A DNA stretch of 64,000 bases, taken from the NCBI GenBank assembly GCA_041665345.1, contig JBAYJA010000001.1, forward strand, positions 265,206-329,205. Direction: 5' to 3'. This DNA comes from Patescibacteria group bacterium (GTDB lineage: Bacteria; Patescibacteriota; Patescibacteriia; PEXW01). A program made the position numbers and the translations under genes. The notes beneath the pieces were generated by a model that saw nothing but the letters and a program-made list of their open reading frames with translations, ran no database searches and had not been told where the DNA came from. Below are positions 38,581 to 49,159 of the stretch, one piece after another. Numbering within the stretch: position 1 is the stretch's first letter; each line of letters starts with the position of its first letter.

Positions 38581-38681
38581 GTTTTTCCTTTCTCAAAGAA
38601 CCTTGGCCAAAGCCTAGCCCTGGCGGCGGAGGTTCGTCAAGCTCTTGAATAACCTGGCCGACGCGCGTAGCATAAAGGTAT

Positions 38682-39482
38682 ATGTTGCAGGTGCAGGGAT
38701 TAACGAAAAAGTTTGGGGAAGTAACCGCGGTTGAGGCGGTCACCTTTGACGCCCACGCGGGTGAGATTTTTGGTTTACTGGGGCCAAATGGTGCGGGGAA
38801 AACCACCACCATTCGGGTTATTGCCACAATTCTGCAGCCAACCGAAGGTACGGCCGTGGTCGATGGCCATGATATTCGCAAAGAACCAGAGGCAGTGAGA
38901 AAGACCTTGGGTTTACTCACTGCGGACATTGGAGTGTACGACCGCTTCACCGCCCGGGAAAATTTGCGGTACATGGGCCGGCTCTACGGTTTGGGTGGTA
39001 CGGCTTTGGAAAATCGTATACACACACTACTCGTCGCTTTAGAAATGGAACACTTTGCGGATCGGCGGGCGGGTACGTTTTCCACCGGCATGAAGCAGAA
39101 AGTGGCCATTGCTCGCTCTATTATCCACGATCCAAAGGTTGTGATTTTTGACGAACCAACGGCTGGGTTGGATGTGCTGGCTAGCCAGACGGTGATTCGG
39201 TACATGCAGCATGCCAAGCAGGATGGGAAATTAGTTATTCTTTCCACGCACGACATGGCGCACGCGCAAGCATTGTGTGATCGGGTGGGGATCATCCACC
39301 GGAGCAAGCTCATCACGCTAGCCACGCCACAAGAGTTGCTACAGCAGACGCAGTCCCAAAATTTGGAGGAGGCTTTCTTGGCGATCGTTGGCCAGAACGC
39401 AGCGCAAACAACAGAGCGTGAGCGGGAGGAAGCGCATTTACGTGACGTTGCCAAGAAGCGCAAAAAGCTTTTCAAACTATGA
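38682..39482 (+). CDS. ABC transporter ATP-binding protein (NatA-like)
   Basis: GPNGAGKTT, FSTGMKQKV, DEPT and STH motifs. Confidence 0.93.
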   Translation: MLQVQGLTKKFGEVTAVEAVTFDAHAGEIFGLLGPNGAGKTTTIRVIATILQPTEGTAVVDGHDIRKEPEAVRKTLGLLTADIGVYDRFTARENLRYMGRLYGLGGTALENRIHTLLVALEMEHFADRRAGTFSTGMKQKVAIARSIIHDPKVVIFDEPTAGLDVLASQTVIRYMQHAKQDGKLVILSTHDMAHAQALCDRVGIIHRSKLITLATPQELLQQTQSQNLEEAFLAIVGQNAAQTTEREREEAHLRDVAKKRKKLFKL

Positions 39483-40663
39483 ATCCCATTCGCACCATTT
39501 GCAGCAAAGAGCTGCTGGACAGTTTGCGTGACCGGCGTACGCTGCTCACTGCCGTGCTGCTACCCGTCCTGCTCATGCCGGCCATCCTGGTGGGGAGCAT
39601 CAAATTCCAGGAGTACCAAATTCAGCAGGCTGAGGAGAAGCCGGTCACGCTGGCACTGGAGCATGAAGCTGCGGTACCAACTTTGGTTGCATTCTTCAAA
39701 CAACAACCGAAGGTTGAACTGAAAATCACAACCGACTACCCAGCGGACTTGGACAGCGGTGCCATTGCCGCGTACCTGAGTTTCACGCCGACCTTGGAAC
39801 AGGACGTGCAGAAAGGGATTCCGGCTGATGTGCGGGTAATCCAGAAGAGTTCCAACATTACCTCAACTACTGCCGCAGCCAAAGCGCTGAGTTTGCTCCA
39901 GCTTTTCAACCGAGAGCAGGCCGCCAAACGCCTTGCCGCGCAACAGGTGGATGCCAAGCTCCTGGATGCGCTTGTTCCAGTGCCCGTGGATATCGCCACC
40001 AGTCAGGAGAAGAGTGGCTTCTTCCTGGGTTTGCTCCTGCCAATGTTCATTGTCCTCTTCGCACTCATTGGTGGGATGTACATTGCCATTGATGTTTCCG
40101 CAGGGGAGAAGGAGCGCAAGACCTTGGAAGCCCTGCTGCTCACGCCGGCCACGCGTCTGCAAATTGTCGCTGGGAAGTTTGCGGCTGTTGCCATCACTGC
40201 CAGCACCACCATTGTTCTGTCCCTCGCATCCATGTACGCTGCGTTCAAACTTTTCCCACCGTCTTTTGGCGAAGAGACTGTGGCTATTCAGCTGTCTTTG
40301 GGTGCGGTTGGCATCATGCTGGGTATTGGGGTCATTCTTGCGGTTATGTTCTCCGGGCTCCTACTCTCTGTAGCTATTTTCGCCAAGAACTACAAGGAAG
40401 CGCAGAATTACATTACCCCATTCTACCTCCTCGCTGTGCTGCCAGTGGCTATCTTCGCGCAAATTCCAGGGTTCAAGCCCACGGTCGCCTTCTTCCTCAT
40501 TCCCGGGGTGAACGCGGTCTTCGTCATCAAGGAAGTGCTCATTGGCACATTCAACTGGCCGCACATTGGGCTAACCGTTGGGTCATTACTGGTGTACGCG
40601 CTGGTTGCCATCTTCGTCTCCAGCCGCATCTACGCCAAGGAGAGTGTGCTGTTCCGGAGCTAG
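39479..40663 (+). CDS. ABC-2 permease (NatB-like)
   Basis: KEL.D.LRDRRT, AGEKERKTLEALL and KEAQ motifs. Confidence 0.9.
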   Translation: MNPIRTICSKELLDSLRDRRTLLTAVLLPVLLMPAILVGSIKFQEYQIQQAEEKPVTLALEHEAAVPTLVAFFKQQPKVELKITTDYPADLDSGAIAAYLSFTPTLEQDVQKGIPADVRVIQKSSNITSTTAAAKALSLLQLFNREQAAKRLAAQQVDAKLLDALVPVPVDIATSQEKSGFFLGLLLPMFIVLFALIGGMYIAIDVSAGEKERKTLEALLLTPATRLQIVAGKFAAVAITASTTIVLSLASMYAAFKLFPPSFGEETVAIQLSLGAVGIMLGIGVILAVMFSGLLLSVAIFAKNYKEAQNYITPFYLLAVLPVAIFAQIPGFKPTVAFFLIPGVNAVFVIKEVLIGTFNWPHIGLTVGSLLVYALVAIFVSSRIYAKESVLFRS

Positions 40664-40742
40664 AGCTGGAGTTGGCGGCAAGTTGGCACACTAATAGGTT
40701 TGTAAGTTGGGAAAAAGAAAACCCATCGATATCCTCGATGGG

Positions 40743-41240
40743 TTATTTGGCGTCTGGCCAAGGAAGGATGAGCTCCTTGCCATTTTGGAAGGCAATGACC
40801 ATCCCTTCGCTGGAAGGCAGGCATGAGGTAGGCTCGGAAGCAGACCAGTCATCAGGCGGGGGTTGCCGCTTTTCAATGCTCACCGCGTACCGGGTGCCAA
40901 ATTTTGTGTCCCGGTGAGCGATGTACAGTTGGTAGGTGTGTGCCCCACGTTGGACAACCGTGAAGGGTTCTAGGCTCTTGTACCATTGTGCGGTTGGCGA
41001 AGTAACCCGCATACTCCGAGCGGCTTCCACAAAGTCCTCGTGTGAGGCTTTCCGTTCTTCATGGTGGAAATGGACCATCAAGAAGAGGACGAGCCCGCCA
41101 ATCACACCCACACCCAGACAAATGGTGCCAACGATGTAGGCCTGAATGACGATGAGGAAAATGCCAACCACAAAGACGGCAAGAATGACCAGAACCGCAA
41201 ATGAGATCGCGGGAATTTTCAGATTGTCATGCCGAGGCAT
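40743..41240 (-). CDS. Hypothetical membrane protein
   Basis: AGGAGG SD before ATG 41240; two TM helices. Confidence 0.65.
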   Translation of the reverse strand: MPRHDNLKIPAISFAVLVILAVFVVGIFLIVIQAYIVGTICLGVGVIGGLVLFLMVHFHHEERKASHEDFVEAARSMRVTSPTAQWYKSLEPFTVVQRGAHTYQLYIAHRDTKFGTRYAVSIEKRQPPPDDWSASEPTSCLPSSEGMVIAFQNGKELILPWPDAK

Positions 41241-41386
41241 GGGTTCCTCCTGGGAAAGATCGTTTGCTGTCAGGCTAGGGTACGGGCGGGAATTGGTCAA
41301 TGTACCGGACTGTTGACTTGCCTCAACGAGAGGCGTAGGGTAGGGACAAAGAAAAAGAAGAAACAATTCTTTGAAAAGGAGTTCCA

Positions 41387-42046
41387 ATGTTCCGTTGGTT
41401 ACCATTTTTTCTCTGCCTGTTCGCTGCACCAGGAATCCAGGCGCAGCAAGATGTGCTGTGCACCATTACCGCCTACGATTCAGCGCAGGTACAAGTTGTG
41501 CTTTACAATGCAGTCTACGGACGCGCCACATTTAACACCATTTGCGTCCCCGGTGCGACAAAAGTATCCACGACTGATTTTCATCCCCAAGTGCCAGATT
41601 CCATTCCTGATTGGTGGGCTGAAGTCGTCGACATTCAGATTCTGCTTGTTCCATTGCACCTACCAGCACCCTTATTCATTCTACATTCGGCTCCAGGATC
41701 AGATTGTGGCGGCGGGGATAACAGGGCAAATCCCTTTGAGCATGGCTTTGAGTTGAGAATGAACTACCAGTTGCAGCCATGGAAGAAAATTTTTGCGGAG
41801 GGCTGGGAACCAAAAAATAGAGTAAATTTTGGAGGCCCCAATGGATTTTTTTCTAGCGTGGAAGTGCATGTTGATGGCACTAAGAAATCTCGGCAAATTG
41901 TTTCTCTGTCTTCCTACGGCACTTCAATGCAATGCAACATTGAAGATTTTTTACCAACTGACACCATGGAGTGCTGGCTCCTGCTCCTTCGAGGAGCTGA
42001 CCCAGATTTTGAAGCAACCATTCGTGTGCCAATGCGCTCTTTGTAG
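41387..42046 (+). CDS. Secreted hypothetical protein
   Basis: Signal peptide; AAGGAG SD; terminator GCCGACCT...AGGTCGGC-TTTTTT. Confidence 0.7.
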   Translation: MFRWLPFFLCLFAAPGIQAQQDVLCTITAYDSAQVQVVLYNAVYGRATFNTICVPGATKVSTTDFHPQVPDSIPDWWAEVVDIQILLVPLHLPAPLFILHSAPGSDCGGGDNRANPFEHGFELRMNYQLQPWKKIFAEGWEPKNRVNFGGPNGFFSSVEVHVDGTKKSRQIVSLSSYGTSMQCNIEDFLPTDTMECWLLLLRGADPDFEATIRVPMRSL

Positions 42047-42139
42047 ATTACCCCTCGCCGACCTCACCTAGGTCGGCTTTTTTGTGCAAGAGAAAACCGC
42101 CAGGAGAAGCCGGGCGGTTTACAGAGAGCGAGACTGAGA

Positions 42140-42238
42140 TTACTTTTTGTTATTCAGCTCAGTAATGATTTTTGCCATCTCCAGCGGTGGCATTTTCCCA
42201 GTTGCGGGCTTCGTTGGCTGAACTACTTTGTCTGCCAT
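42140..42238 (-). CDS. 32-aa microprotein
   Basis: AGGAGGT SD, then MADKVVQPTKPATGKMPPLEMAKIITELNNKK*, then a terminator. Confidence 0.5.
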   Translation of the reverse strand: MADKVVQPTKPATGKMPPLEMAKIITELNNKK

Positions 42239-42266
42239 GTGCACCTCCTGTGCGTGGCTATAGGGT

Positions 42267-42821
42267 TTAGTTTTCGGTTTGCTCTGAGTTAGAGTCGGCT
42301 GGTGCCGGTTCCTCTTCAGTTCTGGCGGAGAGCAGGGCAGCAAGTTCGGGCGGGTAGAATTCGTACTTCCGGTCACCGACGGGCTTGCCATTTGCCAGTT
42401 GCACGGCAACGCTCACATTCGGTAAATGACCCGGATCCTTGGGATTCACAAAGCAAATTTTTAACCACTTTTCTTGTTGCGGAGCGGATTGTTCTTCGGG
42501 TAGCACATCGGATTTCGTACCGTTGTGCGTACACGTCCCAACGGTGACCCGCCAGGTACTGCGAATGGCTAGACCCACCGGGAGGTGCGTCTTCAAATCT
42601 TGTTCAAACTGGATGACGGTTACCCCACCACTTGCTTTCGTGTCGTAGGTCCGAAACCTACCCGCTGTCTTCAGCCTTTGCATTTGTGCATCCATCGCTG
42701 CGTCCAGCATGACGCGAAGTGAATCCACGGATGCTTGGGTGTACCCGTCGGTGAGCCCAACGGTTGCCGTGGGGGTGGGCGCACTCGCCAGGGTAGCGAG
42801 CAGGGCAAATGTGATGAGCAA
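42267..42821 (-). CDS. Secreted hypothetical protein
   Basis: AAGGAGG SD with TTG start; signal peptide. Confidence 0.65.
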   Translation of the reverse strand: MLITFALLATLASAPTPTATVGLTDGYTQASVDSLRVMLDAAMDAQMQRLKTAGRFRTYDTKASGGVTVIQFEQDLKTHLPVGLAIRSTWRVTVGTCTHNGTKSDVLPEEQSAPQQEKWLKICFVNPKDPGHLPNVSVAVQLANGKPVGDRKYEFYPPELAALLSARTEEEPAPADSNSEQTEN

Positions 42822-42901
42822 TGTTCCTCCTTGTTTGTTCCTATCCTACAGCGTTTTTTTGATCGGTCAAGCTACAAAAATATGCTACACTGGAAATCAC
42901 T

Positions 42902-44164
42902 ATGCTGCAACGAACCACTTTGCCCAACGGGCTCCGCGTGCTCATCCACCCCCTGAAAGAAACCCAAGCCGTTACGGTCATGGCCTTTGTGAAAGTTGGT
43001 TCCCGGTACGAAACCCGGCCCCTCAGCGGCGCGGCGCACTTCTTGGAGCACCTCTTCTTCAAAGGCACCAAGCGGCGGCCAACCACCCTGACCATTTCCA
43101 AAGAGCTGGACGGCATTGGCGCGGCGTTCAACGCCTTCACCTCCAAAGACCACACGGCATACTACATTAAGGCCAACCGTCAGCATGTGGGTTTGGCGCT
43201 GGATATGCTCTCCGACATGCTGGTGCATTCCACGTTTGATGCCACGGAGCTGAACCGCGAGCGAGGTGTGATTATCGAAGAAATAAAAATGTATGAGGAT
43301 AACCCCATGGCTCTGCTGGAAGACGTGCTGGAGCAGGGGTTGTACGGCAACACGCCGTTAGGTTGGAATATCGCTGGCACGGCCAAAGGTATCACGGCTA
43401 TGGATCGGGCGGCCATGCTGGCGTTCAAAGACCAGTACTACGTGGGGAAGAACATGTGGCTGGTGCTGGCCGGCAATGTCCCCAAGAATATCCAACAGCT
43501 GGTGCAGAAAACCTTTGGTCAGGTACCGGCACGTCGGTCTGGTACGGCCGCACCCAAGCAGCAACGCTTTGGCACGGAGCGCATTACCCTCCGCACCAAA
43601 GATACCGCCCAAGTCCAGCTGGGTTTCAGCATGCCGGGTGTGCACTACCAGCACCCAGATGCAGATGCACTGAGCCTCTTAGCAGTCATGCTGGGTGGCA
43701 CCATGAGCTCTCGGCTCTTCATTGAAATTCGGGAGCGGCGGGGTCTGTGCTACAGCATTCGGGCCAGCGTGAATCCCTACGAAGACATTGGGCACTTGGC
43801 CGTCCAGGTGGGTTTGGACAAAGCGCGCTTGGAGGAAGCCGTTCCGGCAATTCTGGGTGTGCTGGCAGACTTTCAGAAAGGGGATTTTACCGCTGAAGAG
43901 TTCACCCGTGCCAAGGAGTACGTCAAAGGCAAATTCATTTTGGACTTGGAAGATTCGGAGAATATTGCCGGTTGGCTGGGGAAGCAGGTACTGTTTGCAA
44001 AGAAAGTGAAAACCGCCACAGAGCGCATAGCCGACATTGAAAAAGTAACCGCGGCTCGTGTTCGGGCTTTGGCCAAGCGGGTGCTGCAGCGGAAGGGCTT
44101 CCGTCTGGCCGTGGTGGGTCCGTACACCAGCACGCAATCTTTCCGTAAGCTTATGGCCGGGTAA
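42902..44164 (+). CDS. M16 family zinc peptidase
   Basis: HFLEH (HxxEH), NAFT, ERGVIIEE and SSRLFIEIRERRGLCY motifs. Confidence 0.95.
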   Translation: MLQRTTLPNGLRVLIHPLKETQAVTVMAFVKVGSRYETRPLSGAAHFLEHLFFKGTKRRPTTLTISKELDGIGAAFNAFTSKDHTAYYIKANRQHVGLALDMLSDMLVHSTFDATELNRERGVIIEEIKMYEDNPMALLEDVLEQGLYGNTPLGWNIAGTAKGITAMDRAAMLAFKDQYYVGKNMWLVLAGNVPKNIQQLVQKTFGQVPARRSGTAAPKQQRFGTERITLRTKDTAQVQLGFSMPGVHYQHPDADALSLLAVMLGGTMSSRLFIEIRERRGLCYSIRASVNPYEDIGHLAVQVGLDKARLEEAVPAILGVLADFQKGDFTAEEFTRAKEYVKGKFILDLEDSENIAGWLGKQVLFAKKVKTATERIADIEKVTAARVRALAKRVLQRKGFRLAVVGPYTSTQSFRKLMAG

Positions 44165-44215
44165 GCCGTAAGGATTTGGTTGCCCCGCATCGCCTTGCAG
44201 GGTATACTGGGGTGC

Positions 44216-45277
44216 ATGGATACTCCAACCCCACGCCAGTCCGTGAACGTCAATATCAGCACGTCAACCATCCTGCGCTTGGTCTTGGTTTTTTTGCTCA
44301 TCGCTTTTGCGTACGCTATTAAGGACGTTTTCGTCCTGCTTCTGGTGGCGGTAGTGCTGGCAACGGCATTGGATCCGTGGGTGGATAAATTGCAGTGGAA
44401 GCGGATTCCCCGGGCAGCGACAGTAGTCATTTTACTGGTGCTGCTCTTCGGTGGGGTGAGCCTCATCCTCGCGCTTATCATCCCCCCCTTGGTGAATCAG
44501 GTGAATGAACTGTCATCCAATTTTCCTGCACTCTACCAGCGGTTCTTAGATGAGTTTAGCTCCATCCGCGACCTGGCTGCCAATGCGGGTCTGCAGCAGA
44601 ACGTCAGCAACGCCCTGCAGTCCTTGCAGCTCAATATTGGGAAAGCTGGTTCTGGGGTCTTTGGGGCAGTAGCCAGTTTTTTTGGTGGCCTCATCTCCTT
44701 TGTGGCCATTATCATCATGACCTACTACATGCTCAGCGAAGAGAGCGGCATGAAGCGGTTTTTCCGTTCGGTGGCGCCCCTGAAGTACCAGCCCTTCTTC
44801 CACCAGGTCATGGCGAAGGTGCAGGTGAAAATGGGTGGGTGGCTGCGCGGGCAGCTCATGCTCATGCTCATTGTTGCTGTCCTGGATTTCGTTGGTTTGT
44901 CCATCATCGGGGTGAAGTACGCGCTCGCCTTAGCCCTCTTTGCTGGGTTGCTAGAAATTATTCCGCTCATTGGTTCCACCGTGGCCGCCATCCCTGCGGC
45001 ATTCATCGCCTTCACCCTTAGCCCCACCAAGGGCGTGCTCACCATTATCCTCTTCTTCGTGGTGCAGCAGGTGCAGAATAACTTCATTACCCCCAAGGTC
45101 ATGAAGTCCACGACCGGCCTGCACTCGATTGTCATCATCATTGTGCTGCTCATTGGGGCAAAGCTCGCCGGTTTGCTGGGTGTGCTCCTGGCCATTCCCG
45201 TCACCCTCATTGTCATGACCATCTACGAGGAGATTTACGGGAAGAAGCGTGAGGAAGAACTGCAGCTTGAACGTTAA
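44216..45277 (+). CDS. AI-2E family transporter
   Basis: Multi-TM; WLRGQL, EIIPLIG, QQVQNN.I.PKVM and LLAIP motifs. Confidence 0.92.
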   Translation: MDTPTPRQSVNVNISTSTILRLVLVFLLIAFAYAIKDVFVLLLVAVVLATALDPWVDKLQWKRIPRAATVVILLVLLFGGVSLILALIIPPLVNQVNELSSNFPALYQRFLDEFSSIRDLAANAGLQQNVSNALQSLQLNIGKAGSGVFGAVASFFGGLISFVAIIIMTYYMLSEESGMKRFFRSVAPLKYQPFFHQVMAKVQVKMGGWLRGQLMLMLIVAVLDFVGLSIIGVKYALALALFAGLLEIIPLIGSTVAAIPAAFIAFTLSPTKGVLTIILFFVVQQVQNNFITPKVMKSTTGLHSIVIIIVLLIGAKLAGLLGVLLAIPVTLIVMTIYEEIYGKKREEELQLER

Positions 45278-45291
45278 GGATACACTCTAGT

Positions 45292-46755
45292 ATGGCTACC
45301 CGCGTGCCACTCCTGGTTACCACGCCGATTTACTACGCCAACGCAGCGCCGCACGTCGGCTCAGCGTACACAACCATTGCCGCGGACGTCCTGGCCCGGT
45401 ACTGGCGCGGCAAAGGCCGCAAGGTTTTTTCGTTGATCGGCACGGACGAGCATGGCGCAAAAGTTGCGGCATCCGCTGCAAAGGCGGGAGTTGAACCCCA
45501 AGCGTTCGTTGACCAGCAAGCCAAAGTCTTCCAGCAGGTTTTTGGTACGCTAGATATTGCGTACGATCGTTTTATTCGAACCACGGATGCTGATCACATT
45601 GCCGGCGTCCATGCATTTCTCACGAAACTCTATGCCGCAAAAACACCGAAGGGCCGTCCGGCTGTGGAAAAGGGCAAGTACGAAGGGCTCTACTGCCAGG
45701 GTTGTGAAAAATTCATCACTGAAAAAGAGTTGGTGAACGGTAAGTGTCCGTTACATTTAACCGTGCCAGAGAAAGTCGTGGAAGAAAATTACTTTTTCCA
45801 CCTCACAGATTACTTGTCCAAGCTGCTTGCCGCCATCAAAAAGGGCGATATTACCATTGAGCCCAAGAACGCGAAGCAAGAAGTGTTGGGGTACTTTAAG
45901 CAGGGTCTGCAAGATTTTTCCATCTCCCGGGAAAAAGTCCAATGGGGGATTCCGCTGCCGTTCGACTCTACGCAGACCACCTACGTGTGGGTAGATGCCT
46001 TGCCCAATTACCTGACGGCAGTTGGCTATGGCAAAAACCCCAAGCAGTTCCGGCAGTGGTGGCACGGGGAAGTGGTGCACCTCATGGCGCGGGATATTCT
46101 GAAGTTTCATAGCATCTACTGGCCAGCCCTGCTCATGGCCGTGGGCGAGCCTTTACCAGCACACATTTTTGCCCACGGGTACTTTACGGTGAACGGGCAG
46201 AAGATGAGTAAGAGTTTGGGCAATGTCATCAATCCTTTGGATCTGGTGGGGAAGTACGGTGTAGATGGAACGCGCTACTTACTCCTCACACCATTTCCTT
46301 TTGGTCAGGACGGGGATTTGCCGGTTGACCAGTTCACCACCAAGTACAACGCAGACTTAGCAAATGGTCTTGGGAACCTGGTGAGCCGAACCACCAACAT
46401 GGTGGCCAGTTACTTGGGTGGAGTGGTGATAAAAGTTGATGCACCAAAGCCACTAACCAAAGCTGACAAGCTTACGGAGAAATTGGCTTTTAGCCAGGCT
46501 CTGCAGGAAATCTGGCAGGCTGTCGCCTGGGCGAATCAGGCTATTGATCGCGCGCAACCCTGGACCTTAGCGAAGAGTGAAAAAGCAGCGGATAAAAAAA
46601 CACTGGCCACGCTGCTTGCTAACGTGGTGGCTGAGCTCCGAGAAATTACCCGGGCGGTTGCGCCATATCTCCCGGTTACCGCCGGGCAGCTGAAGGGTAT
46701 ACTGGGTGCGAAGCAGATTGCAAAAGCCCCACCCCTCTTCCAACGCGTGGTATGA
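45292..46755 (+). CDS. metG: Methionine--tRNA ligase
   Basis: TTPIYYANAAPHVGSAY, GTDEHG, YVWVDAL.NY and KMSKSLGN motifs. Confidence 0.98.
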   Translation: MATRVPLLVTTPIYYANAAPHVGSAYTTIAADVLARYWRGKGRKVFSLIGTDEHGAKVAASAAKAGVEPQAFVDQQAKVFQQVFGTLDIAYDRFIRTTDADHIAGVHAFLTKLYAAKTPKGRPAVEKGKYEGLYCQGCEKFITEKELVNGKCPLHLTVPEKVVEENYFFHLTDYLSKLLAAIKKGDITIEPKNAKQEVLGYFKQGLQDFSISREKVQWGIPLPFDSTQTTYVWVDALPNYLTAVGYGKNPKQFRQWWHGEVVHLMARDILKFHSIYWPALLMAVGEPLPAHIFAHGYFTVNGQKMSKSLGNVINPLDLVGKYGVDGTRYLLLTPFPFGQDGDLPVDQFTTKYNADLANGLGNLVSRTTNMVASYLGGVVIKVDAPKPLTKADKLTEKLAFSQALQEIWQAVAWANQAIDRAQPWTLAKSEKAADKKTLATLLANVVAELREITRAVAPYLPVTAGQLKGILGAKQIAKAPPLFQRVV

Positions 46756-47264
46756 GCACAACCGACATTGTCCTCCTCGTTCTCCTCTTCGGCTTCACCT
46801 GGGCCGGGTTCTGGTATGGGATTATTCAAACTTTGGGTGGCATTGTGGGGGTCATTGCCGGCGCGGTCATTGCCGGCCGGTTTGCACCCACGGCTGGCAG
46901 CTGGATTAGCGGTCTTGGGAATACGCAGTTCACCCAGTGGGCAGCCTTCGCCATGATTTTCGTGGTGGTGAACCGCGCGGTGGCCATTGCCACCGGCGTC
47001 ATTGGCAAAGCCTTGAATGTAACGAAGTTGGTTCCGGGTGTTGCCGCAGCAAACCGCTTGGGCGGCGCGCTGGTGGGGCTGGTGGAAGGCGCACTCACCC
47101 TTGGTTTGCTTATTGCTTTGGCTGAGCGCTTGCAGGTGAGTCAGCCACTGCTTAGACTTTTTGATAATTCAGTCATTGCAAACATTCTGAGTTCCATTGG
47201 GAGTAGCCTTATGCCCTTGCTCCCCGAAGCAATTAAGGGCGCGCAGAGTGTATTGCAACTTTAA
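46752..47264 (+). CDS. cvpA: CvpA family membrane protein
   Basis: D...L.....GFWYGII and NRLGGALVGLVEG patterns. Confidence 0.85.
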   Translation: MSTTDIVLLVLLFGFTWAGFWYGIIQTLGGIVGVIAGAVIAGRFAPTAGSWISGLGNTQFTQWAAFAMIFVVVNRAVAIATGVIGKALNVTKLVPGVAAANRLGGALVGLVEGALTLGLLIALAERLQVSQPLLRLFDNSVIANILSSIGSSLMPLLPEAIKGAQSVLQL

Positions 47265-47947
47265 TGGCCGGCACGCTCACCATTGTCGCCACGCCCATTG
47301 GCAACCTGAGTGACTTTAGCCCACGAGCCAAAGAAGCATTGGTACATGCCAACCTCATTCTGGCGGAAGATACCCGGGAAGTAGCAAAGTTGCTGCAGCA
47401 CATTGGCGCGGAGAAAACTGTGGTGCGGTATGACGAACACACACGTGGCGCAAGAGAAGATGCGCTCCTTGATCGTTTGCGAAAAGGGGAGACACTTGCG
47501 TTAGTCGCAGATCGGGGTACGCCAAACATCGCTGATCCTGGTGGTCGACTCGTTGAGCGTGTGTACCGAGAGTGTCCACGTGTCAAAGTCGTGCCCATTC
47601 CTGGTCCATCCGCTATGGCCACAGCACTCTCCGTCTGTGGCTTCCCGTTACAGCAATTCACGGGATATGGTTTTTTACCCCTGAAGAACGGCCGGCAAGG
47701 GATCCTCAAGCGTATAGCAGAAGATGCCCGCCCCGCGGTATTTTTTGAATCCCCGCACCGGGTTGAGAAAGTGCTGCAGTTTTTCGTGGACAACTGTCCG
47801 GAGCGAGAAGTATTTGTGGCGCGAGAGCTGACCAAGACTTTCGAGCATCTCTACCGTGGTCTACCAGCAAAAGTTCTTGCTGACCTCCGGGCAGATGCCG
47901 TGAAGGGGGAGTTCACCGTGGTGTTGGGACCGTGGGGCAAAGTATAG
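47264..47947 (+). CDS. rsmI: 16S rRNA (C1402-2'-O)-methyltransferase
   Basis: VATPIGNLSD, AEDTR, GTPNIADPG, ESPHR, RELTK and KGEF motifs. Confidence 0.96.
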   Translation: MAGTLTIVATPIGNLSDFSPRAKEALVHANLILAEDTREVAKLLQHIGAEKTVVRYDEHTRGAREDALLDRLRKGETLALVADRGTPNIADPGGRLVERVYRECPRVKVVPIPGPSAMATALSVCGFPLQQFTGYGFLPLKNGRQGILKRIAEDARPAVFFESPHRVEKVLQFFVDNCPEREVFVARELTKTFEHLYRGLPAKVLADLRADAVKGEFTVVLGPWGKV

Positions 47948-47962
47948 GCGGCAGAGATTTTT

Positions 47963-48127
47963 TGTCATTGCGAGGAACGAGTCTGCGAGTGACGTGGCAA
48001 TCTTGCGGTACTACGGAACCAAGGGGGGCTCCCTGGCTCTTTTTTCTGTCATCCTGAGGAGTCTACGACGAAGGATCTCCAGATAATGTACAAACTTCGG
48101 AGATTCTTCGTCAGACTCAGAATGACA
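47963..48127. repeat. REP-like palindromes (TGTCATTGCGAG half element plus TGTCATCCTGAG element at 48047-48127)
   Basis: Inverted-repeat sequence matches the other copies in the window. Confidence 0.8.
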
Positions 48128-48298
48128 AAGGGGAAAAGGTGAAGGTATGGATACTGAAGAGAAGAGTAGAATGCGACTGGCTATCCCTGTATCAATTCCG
48201 TACTCTTCACCCTCCGTCCACACCTTCACCAAAAACGAAACCCTTTATCCCCGCGCCCTCCAATGCGTGTTATACTGTTCCCAATGTATGGAGGGGAT

Positions 48299-48955
48299 AT
48301 GCCACCACGAAAAAAATCCAAAACTCAGGTAAAGCAGAGGACAAGGAAAATAAAAAATCCCCCGGATCGGCGGGTACATTTTGGCATTGTCCTGGGGGCA
48401 ATTGCAGCTTTGGTTGTGGCCTGCGCCTTATCGTTTTGCTTGTTTGGAGAGCGAGTACAGGCTGTGCCTGTGCCAGATTCACGCACAGCCCTGCTACTTT
48501 TCCAAAACCAAAAGCGCGTGCAAGCAAGTGCGCCCAGTACGCAGGCGTTCTGGGAATCAGAAATGCTCCATTTGGCCAGGACGCGCACAGAGGAATTCTT
48601 TGCCCGGTTACAGCAGCATGACACCACGCTTTTTGTCGATGTGCTCACTGTCCCGCAGTACGTAGAGTTACCAGCCAGCGTACAAAGTTTTGTGGAAAGG
48701 CCACAGCAAGTAACCGGGACTGTGACGCTGGATACGAAAGGTAATGACCTGCACGACCAGTCTGAAAAAAAAATGATCGTGCGGGAGCAATATGGAAATG
48801 TGGAGATGTCACTGGTTTTTGTTGACGGCGCAGCGGTTACTTCCCCCATGTCCATCACCGGCCGAGGTTTTCTCTTAGGTTCGACCTTCTACACCTCAAC
48901 CGTACTCTCACGGTTGACGCCTCAACCCGCAGCAATCACCCCATCAGCGGAGTGA
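48299..48955 (+). CDS. Hypothetical single-TM protein
   Basis: Basic N-terminus followed by a TM helix; GGAGGGG SD. Confidence 0.7.
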   Translation: MPPRKKSKTQVKQRTRKIKNPPDRRVHFGIVLGAIAALVVACALSFCLFGERVQAVPVPDSRTALLLFQNQKRVQASAPSTQAFWESEMLHLARTRTEEFFARLQQHDTTLFVDVLTVPQYVELPASVQSFVERPQQVTGTVTLDTKGNDLHDQSEKKMIVREQYGNVEMSLVFVDGAAVTSPMSITGRGFLLGSTFYTSTVLSRLTPQPAAITPSAE

Positions 48956-49061
48956 CCAAGTAGGCATCACTGGTATTTCGCTGCAACCAGGATGTTGGCA
49001 GAAAACGCCGGAGCCGGATCAACGGCTTGGGTTGCGCCTGCATTTGCAAAAACCGCCCACC

Positions 49062-49089
49062 TTGACATTTTGGGTTTAGTTCGTACAAT
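49062..49089 (+). promoter_or_regulatory. Putative atp operon promoter
   Basis: TTGACA-16-TACAAT. Confidence 0.6.
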
Positions 49090-49159
49090 AGATTTGCACG
49101 ATTTTTCGTGAAAAAACAACGGTATTTCGCCGTCGTTGCGTGCATTTTCGGTTCCGAGC

